From the NCBI GenBank assembly GCA_035306485.1, contig DATGNX010000012.1, forward strand, positions 1,277-65,276: 64,000 nucleotides of DNA. Reading direction: 5' to 3'. Shown piece by piece: positions 40,251 to 49,804 of the stretch. The DNA is from Burkholderiaceae bacterium. GTDB taxonomy: Bacteria > Pseudomonadota > Gammaproteobacteria > Burkholderiales > Burkholderiaceae_B. The notes below the pieces were generated by a model. That model searched no databases. It saw nothing but the letters and a program-made list of their open reading frames with translations, and had not been told where the DNA came from. A program made the translations under genes and the position numbers. Positions within the stretch are counted from its first letter, which is position 1, and each line of letters begins with the position of its first letter.

Positions 40251-40314
40251 GTGGGTGTCGCTCCATGCCGGGCGCGCATCCGCCGTGTCTTGGTTCACGC
40301 CCGGCCTGCTGGAC

Positions 40315-41331
40315 ATGCTGCTCTCTCTGCTCGCGTTTTTCATTTCCGCTTACGTCATCTACCTCGCGTGCGAGTTCTTTGTGAACGGCGTCGAATGGGT
40401 AGGCTGTCGCCTGCGTCTCGGGGCCACCGCTGTGGGTACGTTGCTCGCCGCGTTCGGTACCGCGTTGCCCGAGAGCGCTGTCACCTTTGTCGCCGTAGTT
40501 TTCGGGGACACCCCAGACCAGAAGGAGATCGGCGTCGGAGCCGCCGTGGGCGGACCGCTGGTTCTCGCCTCTCTGGCGTATGCCGTGGTGGGCTTCGTCC
40601 TTTGGCATCGTCTGCGCAAGGCCCGTCTGGCGGGCGACCCCGCGGGCATGGAACGCCGGGTTGTGGCGGACCAGCGGCGCATCGCCCGCGACCAGGCCTG
40701 GTTCATGTGCATCTTCGTGGTCAAGATCACGCTGGGCGTGCTCGTGTTCGCATGGAAGCCCTGGCTCGCGTTGGCGTTCCTGCTGGCATATGGCCTGTAC
40801 GTGATGCGCGAGCTCAATGCCGACGAAGGCGCCGCGATCATGGAGGAGCTGGAACCGTTACGGATCCGATCGCGCGATCCCAGTATGTTCTGGGCCGTCG
40901 TTCAGACGGTGCTGGCGTTGGTGGTCATTGCCGGGGCGTCGCACGTCTTCGTGCAGCAGATCGAATATCTTGGCGCCGCTGCGGGCCTGGCGCCCAATCT
41001 TGCGGCCCTGCTGTTGGCGCCTATTGCTACCGAGCTGCCCGAAGTCCTGAATGCGGTGATCTGGACGCGCAAGGGCAAGGAACGTCTGGCGCTCGCCAAT
41101 ATTTCCGGCGCAATGATGATACAGGCGACGCTGCCGACGGCCATGGCCATTTCCATGACCCCATGGTTGTTGACGCCGCCACTGTTGGCCGCAGCAGGCT
41201 TCACGCTGGCAGCAATTGGCACGTTGTGGCTGAAGCTGCGCCGGCAAACGCTCACGTGTACGACCCTGGCGGGTGTGGCAGGATTCTATGGCTTGTTCGC
41301 GGTGTTCATGTTGCTGTGGTTTAGCGCCTAA
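40315..41331 (+). CDS. CaCA-family cation/Ca2+ exchanger (YrbG-like sodium/calcium exchanger membrane protein)
   Basis: Polytopic membrane protein with two alpha-repeat regions (GTALPESAV.. and PIATELPEVLNAV). I prefer the ATG at 40315 because the track start, GTG 40228, lies inside the riboswitch. GTG 40255 and GTG 40285 remain possible. Confidence 0.8.
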   Translation: MLLSLLAFFISAYVIYLACEFFVNGVEWVGCRLRLGATAVGTLLAAFGTALPESAVTFVAVVFGDTPDQKEIGVGAAVGGPLVLASLAYAVVGFVLWHRLRKARLAGDPAGMERRVVADQRRIARDQAWFMCIFVVKITLGVLVFAWKPWLALAFLLAYGLYVMRELNADEGAAIMEELEPLRIRSRDPSMFWAVVQTVLALVVIAGASHVFVQQIEYLGAAAGLAPNLAALLLAPIATELPEVLNAVIWTRKGKERLALANISGAMMIQATLPTAMAISMTPWLLTPPLLAAAGFTLAAIGTLWLKLRRQTLTCTTLAGVAGFYGLFAVFMLLWFSA

Positions 41332-41423
41332 AGCCTTGTGGAATAAGTGTTTTCCCGATAGAATCGCAGATGTTGAAACTTTATGGAGCTGTGTGGTGAA
41401 TACCGACCCCGGCGAATGTTGCA

Positions 41424-41450
41424 GTCGATCTCATGATCGACGCTTTTTCT
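41424..41450 (+). terminator. rho-independent terminator (most simply for the CaCA gene)
   Basis: Stem gtcgatc/gatcgac with loop tcat, followed by gctttttct. Confidence 0.55.
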
Positions 41451-41617
41451 CCAGGCACCTGAGCTAACGGTTCCCGCACCGCTCTCCGTGCCCTGGACTC
41501 AGGGCGCGGAGTTCCTCTCGCATGTACGCATGCAAACTCCCGCCGTTCCCAAGAACACTGCCCGCCCGATTCGGCGTGGGCAACATCCCCGGCGTGACCG
41601 TCGGGGCAGGAGTCGTC

Positions 41618-41953
41618 ATGCGTCTGTTTCATCTATTTCTGCGTCGTGCAGGTGTGCAGCCATCGGCTGTGCGCAGCCCCCGCAATACGTCTCGTCTCAC
41701 CGTGGTGTGTCCCCGCGAGCATCTGGCCTCCGTTCGTCGCAGCATCTATCGCGACCTGCATTCGGACGGCATACAGATCGCCCAGCTCAGCATCGATTAC
41801 GGTGAACCCGCCGGCATGGTCAGAGCCAGCGTGACGGTGGATTGCCCGCCCACGCTGCGTCCGGAACTCATGTCGCGCGCCCGCCGGCTGCAGGCGCATC
41901 CCGGTATACACGAGATCCAATGGGTGGCAGCGCGGCGGCATGCATTAAACTAA
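41618..41953 (+). CDS. hypothetical small protein (111 aa)
   Basis: Trimmed to the ATG at 41618, which has SD aggag 5 nt upstream (MRLFHLFLRRAG...). I recognise no motif. The alternating beta-alpha pattern is vaguely ACT-like. Confidence 0.5.
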   Translation: MRLFHLFLRRAGVQPSAVRSPRNTSRLTVVCPREHLASVRRSIYRDLHSDGIQIAQLSIDYGEPAGMVRASVTVDCPPTLRPELMSRARRLQAHPGIHEIQWVAARRHALN

Positions 41954-41985
41954 ACCAACGCTGCGCCTGATTCGGACCCCGCCCC

Positions 41986-42843
41986 ATGCATTTGCTCGAT
42001 TGGCTCATCCCCTGGGAATTCTCACCGGCATTCCTGGTTTTCTATTTGGGCGGAGCCTGGCTTTTTGTACGGGGCAGCCGGGTCCACAAAGTAACCGGCT
42101 GGCGCAAGGCCCTGTTCTGGTCCGGCATGGTGATTCTCTACCTCACCATGCACACTCGGCTCGACTACTACGCCGAGCGCATGTTCTTCATACATCGCTT
42201 GCAGCATCTGGTACTTCACCACCTGGGGCCCCTGCTGATCATGGGGGCGTATCCCGGCCAGGTCATGCGCGCCGGGTTGCCCATGCGGTGGCGAGTATGG
42301 CTGCGTGACTTCCGCCGTGCGCGGGTAGGGCGCGCAATCGAGGCCGTGCTCACCAACCGTATCCTGGTGCCCTTCCTGTTCGTGATCCTGGTGATCGGTT
42401 TCCTGATCCCCACGGTACAGTTTTATTCCATGCTTGACTGGCGCTTGTACCGACTCATGAACTGGTCGGTCGTGATCAGCGGATTCATGTACTGGAACCT
42501 GATTCTGGATCGCCGGCCCAGCCCGCCGGCTGTGCTCTCGCCGGGCGGCCGAGTCTTCTGTCCCATCATCACCATGGTGCCGCAGATCATCGTCGGCGCC
42601 GTCATCACGTTCTCCGAATCCGATCTCTACCCCATCTTCGATCTTTGCGGCCGCGCGATCCCCGGCATGACCGCCATCACGGACCAGGCCATAGGGGGGC
42701 TCACCATGTGGGTGTTGGCAGGTTTCGTGGAAGTGTTCGGCGTCCTGTACGCCTTGTCGACGGTCATGCGCCTGTCGGCCAAGAACCGTCTGCCTCAGCG
42801 GGGCGGGCGCAGCGCCAAGGCCAAGCTGTCGGTCGCGTCCTGA
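41986..42843 (+). CDS. cytochrome c oxidase assembly factor CtaG-like (Caa3_CtaG family) membrane protein
   Basis: 285 aa, polytopic. W.F.P..L.....YL.G and HRLQHLVLHHLGPLLIMG are typical of this family. Confidence 0.7.
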   Translation: MHLLDWLIPWEFSPAFLVFYLGGAWLFVRGSRVHKVTGWRKALFWSGMVILYLTMHTRLDYYAERMFFIHRLQHLVLHHLGPLLIMGAYPGQVMRAGLPMRWRVWLRDFRRARVGRAIEAVLTNRILVPFLFVILVIGFLIPTVQFYSMLDWRLYRLMNWSVVISGFMYWNLILDRRPSPPAVLSPGGRVFCPIITMVPQIIVGAVITFSESDLYPIFDLCGRAIPGMTAITDQAIGGLTMWVLAGFVEVFGVLYALSTVMRLSAKNRLPQRGGRSAKAKLSVAS

Positions 42844-42854
42844 AGGGTCCGATC

Positions 42855-44372
42855 ATGAAGTATCCGTGCTCCGCGGCAGGTTACCTCATCTCCACGCGTA
42901 AGCGCTTGGGCGTGGGCCTGTTGGGGTTGGCAGTCCTGGGTACCCCCGCGTCGTTCGTCAATGCGCAGCCGGTCGGCATTCCGAGCATGGGCGTGGCTTC
43001 GGCTGCGGAACTTTCGCCGGGTCTGGAACGGACGCTGGGCGACGCCATCATGGAACAGGGTCGTCGCGACCCCACCTATATCGCCGACCCGGACGTACTC
43101 CAATACCTGACCGACATGGGCCGCAAGCTGGCGTCCCAGGCGGACACGCCGGTGGATCGCGTGAATGTCTTTGCGCTACGAGACCCGCAGATCAACGCAT
43201 TCGCGCTGCCGGGCGGATATATCGGCATTAACAGCGGACTGGTGGTCGCCGCCGGGTCCGAGTCGGAGCTGGCGTCTGTGGTGGCCCACGAAATCGCACA
43301 CGTATCGCAGCGCCACATCGCGCGCGGCATGACGCAGCGCTCGCAGACGGGACATGCCATGATCGCCACGCTGGCCGGCGCGTTGCTCGCCGCGCTGTCG
43401 GGCAGTCCCGATCTTGCGATGGGCGTGGCGGCATTCGGGCAGGCCGCGGCCGTGGACCGCCAGTTGGGTTTTTCCCGGCAAGCGGAACATGAGGCGGATC
43501 GCGCCGGCCTTACGATGATGACGCGGGCGGGTTATGACCCGGGCGGTATGGCCCGCATGTTTGAGCGGTTGGAGAACGTCTCGCGTCTCAATCAGGGCGC
43601 GGGCGGCAACGTCTATACCAGCACTCACCCGCTGTCCCTGCAGCGCCAAGCGGATGCGCAGAACCGCAGCATGAATGCGCCCAAAAGGCCTGCAACCACG
43701 GACGACACTTTCTGGTATGTGCGCGCCAAGCTGCGGGTGGAGCAGGCGCGATCCGGTCAACCGCTACGCAACGTGGAAGATACGCTCACTGCGGAAGTAC
43801 GCAAGCTCCAGGGTGTGCAGCGCTCGGCGGCCTGGTACGGGCTGGCTTACGCGGCCTGGAAGCGGCGTGACTTCGGACGGGCGTCCGAAGCTTTGGCGCA
43901 GGCGCGTGCGGGCGGGCACGACTCCGCACAAGTGGCGGGTCTGGAGGTCGCGGTGGCACTGGATGCCGGGCAGGTCGACAACGCTCTGGAACTCGCGCAG
44001 CGTGCCGCTGCGCGTTGGCCGGATAGCCAGGGGGTGGCTTTGGCGCAGATCCAGGCCTTGCAGGGCAGCGGACGTCACGAAGTGGCGGTTTCCACCCTGC
44101 AGGCCCGCCTCAAGCAATGGCCCGACGTGCCGCAACTGTGGCAGCTGCTGGGACAAAGCCAGGAAAAACTCGGGCGCCGTGCGGATGCCCGCCGCTCCAT
44201 GGCCACGTTCTATGAGTTGACCGGCGCTCTGCCGGCGGCGGTGGAACAGCTGCGCCAGGCGCGCGCCATGAGTAACGACTTCTACGAGCAATCCGAGCTC
44301 GATGTGCGGATCCGGCAATTGCGCGAGCGGCTGGAATCGGACCGCCAGCTGCTCGAACGCTTCAAGAGCTGA
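42855..44372 (+). CDS. M48-family periplasmic metalloprotease with TPR domain (BepA/YfgC-like)
   Basis: Trimmed to MKYPCS..., which has a signal-like N-terminus. The zinc motif is VVAHEIAHVSQRH, and the C-terminal half is TPR-like. Confidence 0.85.
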   Translation: MKYPCSAAGYLISTRKRLGVGLLGLAVLGTPASFVNAQPVGIPSMGVASAAELSPGLERTLGDAIMEQGRRDPTYIADPDVLQYLTDMGRKLASQADTPVDRVNVFALRDPQINAFALPGGYIGINSGLVVAAGSESELASVVAHEIAHVSQRHIARGMTQRSQTGHAMIATLAGALLAALSGSPDLAMGVAAFGQAAAVDRQLGFSRQAEHEADRAGLTMMTRAGYDPGGMARMFERLENVSRLNQGAGGNVYTSTHPLSLQRQADAQNRSMNAPKRPATTDDTFWYVRAKLRVEQARSGQPLRNVEDTLTAEVRKLQGVQRSAAWYGLAYAAWKRRDFGRASEALAQARAGGHDSAQVAGLEVAVALDAGQVDNALELAQRAAARWPDSQGVALAQIQALQGSGRHEVAVSTLQARLKQWPDVPQLWQLLGQSQEKLGRRADARRSMATFYELTGALPAAVEQLRQARAMSNDFYEQSELDVRIRQLRERLESDRQLLERFKS

Positions 44373-45456
44373 CTTCCGCGAAATAGCGCGCCAGTCGCGT
44401 GGGCAGCCAGTTCAGGTTGCCAGGGAAGGGTCCGGTGACGAACGCCGCGTGACCGCCTTCCGCCGGCTGATGCAACAACACCATATCCGAACAATCATGC
44501 GAGCCGGGCAGGGAAGTGGCAGGTACGAAGGGGTCGTTGCGGGCGTTTAGCACCAGAGTCGGCACGGCGATGTGCTTCAGCTGCGGGCGGCTGGACGCGC
44601 GCGTCCAGTAATCCAGCGCATTCCGGTATCCATGCATGGGCGCGGTGTAGAGGTCATCGAACTCGCGCAGGGTGCGTACCTGCGCTAGCCTGAGGGCGTC
44701 GATCGTGCCCGGGAAGCGACGAGCCTTGTCCAATACTTTAGGGCGCATGGTGCGTAGGAAATAACGGCAATACAGGTGACGCCCGCTACGCGTTTCTGAC
44801 AAAACCCGCCCGCAGGCCACGAGGTCTAGCGGAACGGATACGCCCGCAGCCGCCTGCAGCCAGCCGGCTTCCTCACCACGCTCGCCCAAATATTTGAGCA
44901 TCGCATTACCGCCCAGCGATACGCCTACCGCATGCCACCGGGCATGGGGAACGCGCTGACGGACCGTCTCGAAGATGAAGTCGATGTCAGCCGAATCACC
45001 CGAGAAATAGGCGCGAGCCATGCGGTTGGGGAAGCCCGAGCAGCCACGGAAGTGCGCAATGACGGTGATCCAGCCCCTCGCACGGAAATGCTGGGCGATG
45101 GACTGCGCGTAATGGCTGCGGCTGCTGCCTTCGAGCCCATGGAAGATGACCAGCGCAGGCGCGTCCGGGGTGTCCGGCAATTGCTTCCAGTCCTCGGGCT
45201 CTATCCATCGGCGGGGTGCGTTGCCCCGCAGTTGCGGATCAGGCGGAATGACCCGGCCATCGACCTGGCGGTCGGCAAACAGCCCCGGACCCGCCCAATC
45301 GAAATCGAGAAAGTCGCCGTCCGGTGTATCGACACGCTCCCGGATGAATGAGATGCGATGATGCCGCACGACCAGCGCGCCATGCAGTGTCTGTGCATGG
45401 CCGCCGGGCAGCCACCAGGGAGTCGGGCAAGGAGAAGTATCTACGCGCGCGGTCAC
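44362..45456 (-). CDS. alpha/beta hydrolase (YheT-like)
   Basis: 364 aa with HGLEGSSRSHY and the nucleophile elbow GVSLGGN. Confidence 0.8.
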   Translation of the reverse strand: MTARVDTSPCPTPWWLPGGHAQTLHGALVVRHHRISFIRERVDTPDGDFLDFDWAGPGLFADRQVDGRVIPPDPQLRGNAPRRWIEPEDWKQLPDTPDAPALVIFHGLEGSSRSHYAQSIAQHFRARGWITVIAHFRGCSGFPNRMARAYFSGDSADIDFIFETVRQRVPHARWHAVGVSLGGNAMLKYLGERGEEAGWLQAAAGVSVPLDLVACGRVLSETRSGRHLYCRYFLRTMRPKVLDKARRFPGTIDALRLAQVRTLREFDDLYTAPMHGYRNALDYWTRASSRPQLKHIAVPTLVLNARNDPFVPATSLPGSHDCSDMVLLHQPAEGGHAAFVTGPFPGNLNWLPTRLARYFAEVSS

Positions 45457-45467
45457 GTACTACCTTG

Positions 45468-45680
45468 TCAGTGACCGTGGACCTTTTCACCTTCCTTGAG
45501 TTGATAGGCTGTGCCGCAGTACGGACAGATGGCGCCGCCCGTTTGCACGATCTCGATATAGACGCGCGGGTGCATGCTCCACAGCGGCGCCTTGGGGCCG
45601 GGACAGTAGACGGGAAGGTCTTTGGCTTCGACGTAGACGACGTCGCCTTGTTGTACGGTGGTGTCGGGTGTGCTGCTCAT
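45468..45680 (-). CDS. zinc-finger (CHCC-type) domain protein
   Basis: Trimmed to the 70-aa MSSTPDTT.... It carries VYCPGP...HPRVY...ICPYCGT, as in NDUFS6-like zinc-finger proteins. Confidence 0.7.
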   Translation of the reverse strand: MSSTPDTTVQQGDVVYVEAKDLPVYCPGPKAPLWSMHPRVYIEIVQTGGAICPYCGTAYQLKEGEKVHGH

Positions 45681-45720
45681 CTCGTATCCTGAAAGGAAAT
45701 GGTTTTCGGGCTGCTCCCGT

Positions 45721-46641
45721 TCATACGGGATGCAACCAGTGATGGTATGTAGGGTTGCGGCCGTGGGCGGCGTCGAAGAACGCGGCCTGCAGCTTCTCGG
45801 TAATGGGCCCGCGGGCGCCCGCGCCGATGCGGCGACCATCGATTTCGCGTATTGGGGTGATCTCAGCCGCGGTGCCCGAGAAAAAGGCTTCGTCGGCGAT
45901 GTAGAGGTCGTCGCGGGTGAGGCGCCGGGTTTGCAGCCGAATGCCGAGATCAGCCGCCAGCGTGTGTACTGTGGCGCGCGTGATACCGGTCAAGGCGGAA
46001 GCGATTTCGGGTTCGTAGAGGACGCCGTCCTTCACGATGAAGAGGTTTTCGCCCGCACCTTCCGCCACGAAGCCCTCGGTGTCGAGCAAGATGGCTTCGT
46101 CGTAGCCGTGGTCCAGCGCTTCGGCATTGGCCAGTATGGAGTTGGCATAGGTGCTGGCCACCTTGGCGCGCGGCATGGTGACGTTCACATGTTGCCGCGC
46201 GAACGAAGAAATCTTGACCCGGATGCCCGCTTGCAGCGCTTCTTCACCCAGATATGCGCCCCAGGGCCATGCGGCGATGGCCACGTGCACTGAAGCACCT
46301 TTAGGTGAGACGCCCATTTTCTCGGAACCGTAGAACACGAGCGGGCGGATATAGCAGGACTTCAGATCATTCGCGCGCACGGCTTCGCACTGGGCGGCAT
46401 TAAGCGTGTCCTGATCGAAGGGAATGGGCATCTGGTAGATATGGGCGGAATTGAAAAGCCGCCGGGTATGGTCGTGCAGACGGAAGATAGCGGTGCCCAA
46501 CTCGGTGTCGTACGCGCGCAACCCTTCGAAGACTGCAAGGCCGTAGTGCAGGGAGTGCGTCAATACATGGGTATTGGCGTCGCGCCAGGGAACCAGTTTG
46601 CCGTCATACCAAATGACGCCATCACGATCAGCCATGGACAT
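45721..46641 (-). CDS. ilvE: branched-chain-amino-acid aminotransferase
   Basis: Trimmed to MSMADRDGVIWYDGKLVPWRDANTHVLTHSLHYG. EGLRAY and GITR motifs are present. Confidence 0.93.
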   Translation of the reverse strand: MSMADRDGVIWYDGKLVPWRDANTHVLTHSLHYGLAVFEGLRAYDTELGTAIFRLHDHTRRLFNSAHIYQMPIPFDQDTLNAAQCEAVRANDLKSCYIRPLVFYGSEKMGVSPKGASVHVAIAAWPWGAYLGEEALQAGIRVKISSFARQHVNVTMPRAKVASTYANSILANAEALDHGYDEAILLDTEGFVAEGAGENLFIVKDGVLYEPEIASALTGITRATVHTLAADLGIRLQTRRLTRDDLYIADEAFFSGTAAEITPIREIDGRRIGAGARGPITEKLQAAFFDAAHGRNPTYHHWLHPV

Positions 46642-46763
46642 ATCGCTCTCCCGAAAAGTCGCTTGATTGTACCAAGCGCGCCGCAGAATGAATCGAGTTG
46701 TGAGCACGCGCGCGCGACACATGCTTACAATAGGCGGCTGCCGGTATTGTCAGGGTAGGGGAC

Positions 46764-47507
46764 GTGTCATTCAGCAGGTTCGTGCCGGCTTGGCCGGAAG
46801 CGCGCCATCGCGCTCAATTCATGCTTGGTTTGCGGGATGCCGGTCCCGCGCTCATCGCTACGGGAACGTGGGGCCTCGTCACAGGCATCGCCATCGTCAA
46901 GTCTGGGCTGAGTGAAACGCTCGCCACGCTCATGACGCTGCTGGTGTACGCCGGCTCCGCGCAGCTCACCGCCTTGCCGCTTATCAAGGACCAGGTACCG
47001 CTCTGGCTGATCTTCGCTGCGGGCTTCGTCGTCAATATCCGTTTTCTTATCTTCGGCGCCGCTCTGCAGCCGTTCTTTCGTCACCTCAGTTGGCCCAAGC
47101 GGCTTGGTGTCGGTTTCTTCTCCACGGACATCGGCTTTGTGCTGTTCATGGGCCGCTACGGCGAGTCCCGCCGTCGCGGCGATGTGCGCCACCTTTGGTA
47201 CTACCTCGGCATCATTGGTCCGGGCTGGTGGGTTTGGAACCTCAGCTCGATTGCCGGAATTTATCTCGCGGGCGTGATTCCCGCCTCGTGGTCGCTGGAG
47301 TTCGCCGCGATCCTGGCATTGCTCTCGGTGGTGATCCCCCTTGTCAGCACTCGCCCCGTTGCGATCTGCATGCTTGCGGCCGCCGTCGTCGCCTGGCTGG
47401 GTCAGGGCTTGCCCCTGCGGCTCGGACTTGCGGCCGCCGTAGTGGTGGGCATTCTTGCCGGGGTGGTCAGTGAGCGGTTGTCCCGAACGATGAAGAAGGC
47501 GCGATGA
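46764..47507 (+). CDS. azlC: AzlC-family branched-chain amino acid exporter subunit
   Basis: 247 aa with a GTG start. YAGSAQL is the hallmark motif. It has an ATGA overlap with azlD. Confidence 0.85.
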   Translation: MSFSRFVPAWPEARHRAQFMLGLRDAGPALIATGTWGLVTGIAIVKSGLSETLATLMTLLVYAGSAQLTALPLIKDQVPLWLIFAAGFVVNIRFLIFGAALQPFFRHLSWPKRLGVGFFSTDIGFVLFMGRYGESRRRGDVRHLWYYLGIIGPGWWVWNLSSIAGIYLAGVIPASWSLEFAAILALLSVVIPLVSTRPVAICMLAAAVVAWLGQGLPLRLGLAAAVVVGILAGVVSERLSRTMKKAR

Positions 47508-47842
47508 ACATGGACGATACAAGCTGGTACGTACTTGGCGCGATCCTGATGCTGGCGCTGTGCAGCCTGATCACACGCGCTACTTACTTGGTGCTTGGTG
47601 ATTACCTGCCGCTATCCGACGGCGTACGCAGTGCACTGCGTTACGCGCCCACGGCAGCACTGGTCGGTATCATCGTGCCGGAAGTGTTGCCGTGGCAGCC
47701 CGGCACTGTCCCGACCCTGGACGTGAAGGCGGTCGCGGCGGTGCTCGCCGTGCTGTTGTATATGCGGACGCGCAACAGTCTTCTGTTGATCGCAGGCGGG
47801 ATGGTTGCCTACTGGCTGCTGCGCCCGTGGTGGCCTTTCTGA
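47504..47842 (+). CDS. azlD: AzlD-family exporter small subunit
   Basis: 112-aa hydrophobic protein, translationally coupled to azlC. Confidence 0.85.
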   Translation: MNMDDTSWYVLGAILMLALCSLITRATYLVLGDYLPLSDGVRSALRYAPTAALVGIIVPEVLPWQPGTVPTLDVKAVAAVLAVLLYMRTRNSLLLIAGGMVAYWLLRPWWPF

Positions 47843-47968
47843 AGCCTTTAGTGTCGCGGCAGCGCAGCATGTCGGACGTATGTCATTGGCGGATTGCATA
47901 TCTGCGTTAAAATCAACGCGTTATGGACGCCGCCGCCTGGATTCCCGCGCGGGGCATTTACACCCTCA

Positions 47969-49363
47969 ATGACTGACACTACTCCTATTCAGAAAGACTC
48001 CATCGCCGCCTTCGCTGACTTCGGCCTGCATCCCGGGCTGCTACAGGCTGTCGCCGAGACAGGCTACACCACACCCACTCCTATCCAAGCCACGGCCATA
48101 CCGCTCGTCATGGACGGTCGGGACGTCATGGGCGCCGCGCAAACCGGTACGGGCAAGACGGCGGCGTTTACGCTGCCCATCTTGCATCGCCTCATGCCGC
48201 TCGCCAACACCAGTGCCTCGCCGGCCCGGCATCCGGTACGGGCGCTCATTCTCGCGCCGACGCGTGAATTGGCTGATCAGGTCTATCAAAGTGTGGTGAC
48301 GTACAGCAAGCACACGCCTTTGCGGTCGACAGTGGTCTTCGGGGGTGTCGATATCGGGCCTCAGAAAGATGCGCTGCGCCGTGGCTGCGAAATCGTCGTG
48401 GCCACGCCTGGACGTCTGCTGGATCACCTGGAGCAAAAGACCCTCAATCTCAGTCAGGTAGGGCTGTTCGTGCTCGATGAAGCCGATCGGATGCTCGACA
48501 TGGGCTTCCTGCCGGACCTCGATCGCATCGTGCGGCAGTTGCCCGCACGCCGGCAAGGCCTGCTGTTCTCCGCCACGTTCAGCAACGAGATCCGCAAGCT
48601 TGCTCGCAGCTATCTGAATAATCCGGCTGAAGTAGAAGTGGCTGCGCGCAATGCCACGGCCGATACCGTGACCCAGATCCTGTACGAACTGGCGCCTTCC
48701 GACAAGCGCGCCGCTGTGGTGCACCTGGTGAAGTCCCGGGGCCTGAGTCAGGTCATCGTGTTTTCCAATACCAAGATCGGCTGCAGCCGACTTGCCCGCG
48801 AACTGATCCGCGACGGCGTGAAGGCGGAATCAATACACGGCGACAAGAGCCAGAGCGACCGTATCAAGGCGCTGGAAGCGTTCAAGGCCGGCGAACTGGA
48901 AGTCCTCGTGGCCACCGACGTTGCGGCACGAGGCCTGGACGTCGCCGGGGTGCCTTGCGTCATCAATTACGACCTCCCGCATAACGCGGAAGATTACGTG
49001 CATCGCATTGGCCGTACCGGTCGTGCGGGCGCCAGTGGCGAGGCGATCAGCTTCTTCTCCCGGGAAGAGGATCGGGTGCTTGGCGATATCGAGAAACTGA
49101 TCGGCCGCAAGATCACCCGCGGCACGCTGGACCTGCCGGCGGCGCCGCGGCGTAATCGCTCGACCACGCCTTCACAGGGACGCAGCGTGGGCGGTGCGTA
49201 TCGCCGCACATCTTCTCAGCCTGTGGACGACTTCTTCTATCGCCCGTACGTGCCGTCTAAATCCGCCTCCGAGCCTGTGGCCAGTCCGGCTGTTTCCAGT
49301 GCGGGGCGCGATACTGAGCGCCGCCGCTCGGTGGGTGTCCTGCTTGGCGGCGGTCGTCACTAG
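47969..49363 (+). CDS. rhlE: DEAD-box ATP-dependent RNA helicase (RhlE-like)
   Basis: Trimmed to MTDTTPIQKDS. It has a Q-motif (FADFGL..GYTTPTPIQ), AQTGTGKT, DEAD, SAT, HRIGRTGRAG and a basic tail. Confidence 0.92.
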   Translation: MTDTTPIQKDSIAAFADFGLHPGLLQAVAETGYTTPTPIQATAIPLVMDGRDVMGAAQTGTGKTAAFTLPILHRLMPLANTSASPARHPVRALILAPTRELADQVYQSVVTYSKHTPLRSTVVFGGVDIGPQKDALRRGCEIVVATPGRLLDHLEQKTLNLSQVGLFVLDEADRMLDMGFLPDLDRIVRQLPARRQGLLFSATFSNEIRKLARSYLNNPAEVEVAARNATADTVTQILYELAPSDKRAAVVHLVKSRGLSQVIVFSNTKIGCSRLARELIRDGVKAESIHGDKSQSDRIKALEAFKAGELEVLVATDVAARGLDVAGVPCVINYDLPHNAEDYVHRIGRTGRAGASGEAISFFSREEDRVLGDIEKLIGRKITRGTLDLPAAPRRNRSTTPSQGRSVGGAYRRTSSQPVDDFFYRPYVPSKSASEPVASPAVSSAGRDTERRRSVGVLLGGGRH

Positions 49364-49743
49364 GCCGCGTTAAGCAGGTCTCTGAGGGGACCGGGGCCCG
49401 CATCGATGATCGGTGTGCTGGCGTCGATGCTACGCAGCAGCCGGTCCAAGTGCTCGATATGCGGCAGCATTGGGCCGAAGAACGCGTTGCCTTGAGTCGA
49501 TTGCACCAGCAGGGTCGGGAAGTTCTCCACGTCTTCATCGTCGAGGAGGGCTTCGTTCTCTTCGACGTCGATCCATACGAATACGTGTTCCGGATTGCGC
49601 TGCGCGAGCGCGTCGAACGCGGGGCGATAAGCGGAGCAGGTGTTGCACCAGGCGGCGCAATAGCAGGCGACCACCAGTCCATCGTGGTCGGCGAGGCGGC
49701 GGGCAAGGTCGGGCAGGGAAGTTTGAGCGTCGAAGCTGTTCAT
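49360..49743 (-). CDS. thioredoxin-fold protein (WCNTC active site)
   Basis: Trimmed to the 127-aa MNSFDAQT.... The CxxC motif is AAWCNTCSAY. Confidence 0.7.
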   Translation of the reverse strand: MNSFDAQTSLPDLARRLADHDGLVVACYCAAWCNTCSAYRPAFDALAQRNPEHVFVWIDVEENEALLDDEDVENFPTLLVQSTQGNAFFGPMLPHIEHLDRLLRSIDASTPIIDAGPGPLRDLLNAA

Positions 49744-49804
49744 GTCGCAGACAGTAGCGATGGCTTTTACTATGATAACTGCTGTGTCGACATGAAGGCC
49801 GCCC

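Noticed and set aside
40100-40260. Initial impression of a cobalamin riboswitch (the GGTGAGACCCGC segment)
   Set aside because: There is no B12 box (GCCACTG-like). The GGGGAGTAGC and GCAAGACC boxes fit yybP-ykoY much better.
41336-41450. Promoter-like TTGTGG-17-TAGAAT, plus a 17-codon ORF (MELCGEYRPRRMLQSIS), plus a terminator, which could be read as an attenuator or sRNA
   Set aside because: The terminator lies 93 nt after the CaCA gene stop and is most simply that gene's terminator. The mini-ORF has no SD, and its composition gives no hint of a regulatory leader peptide.
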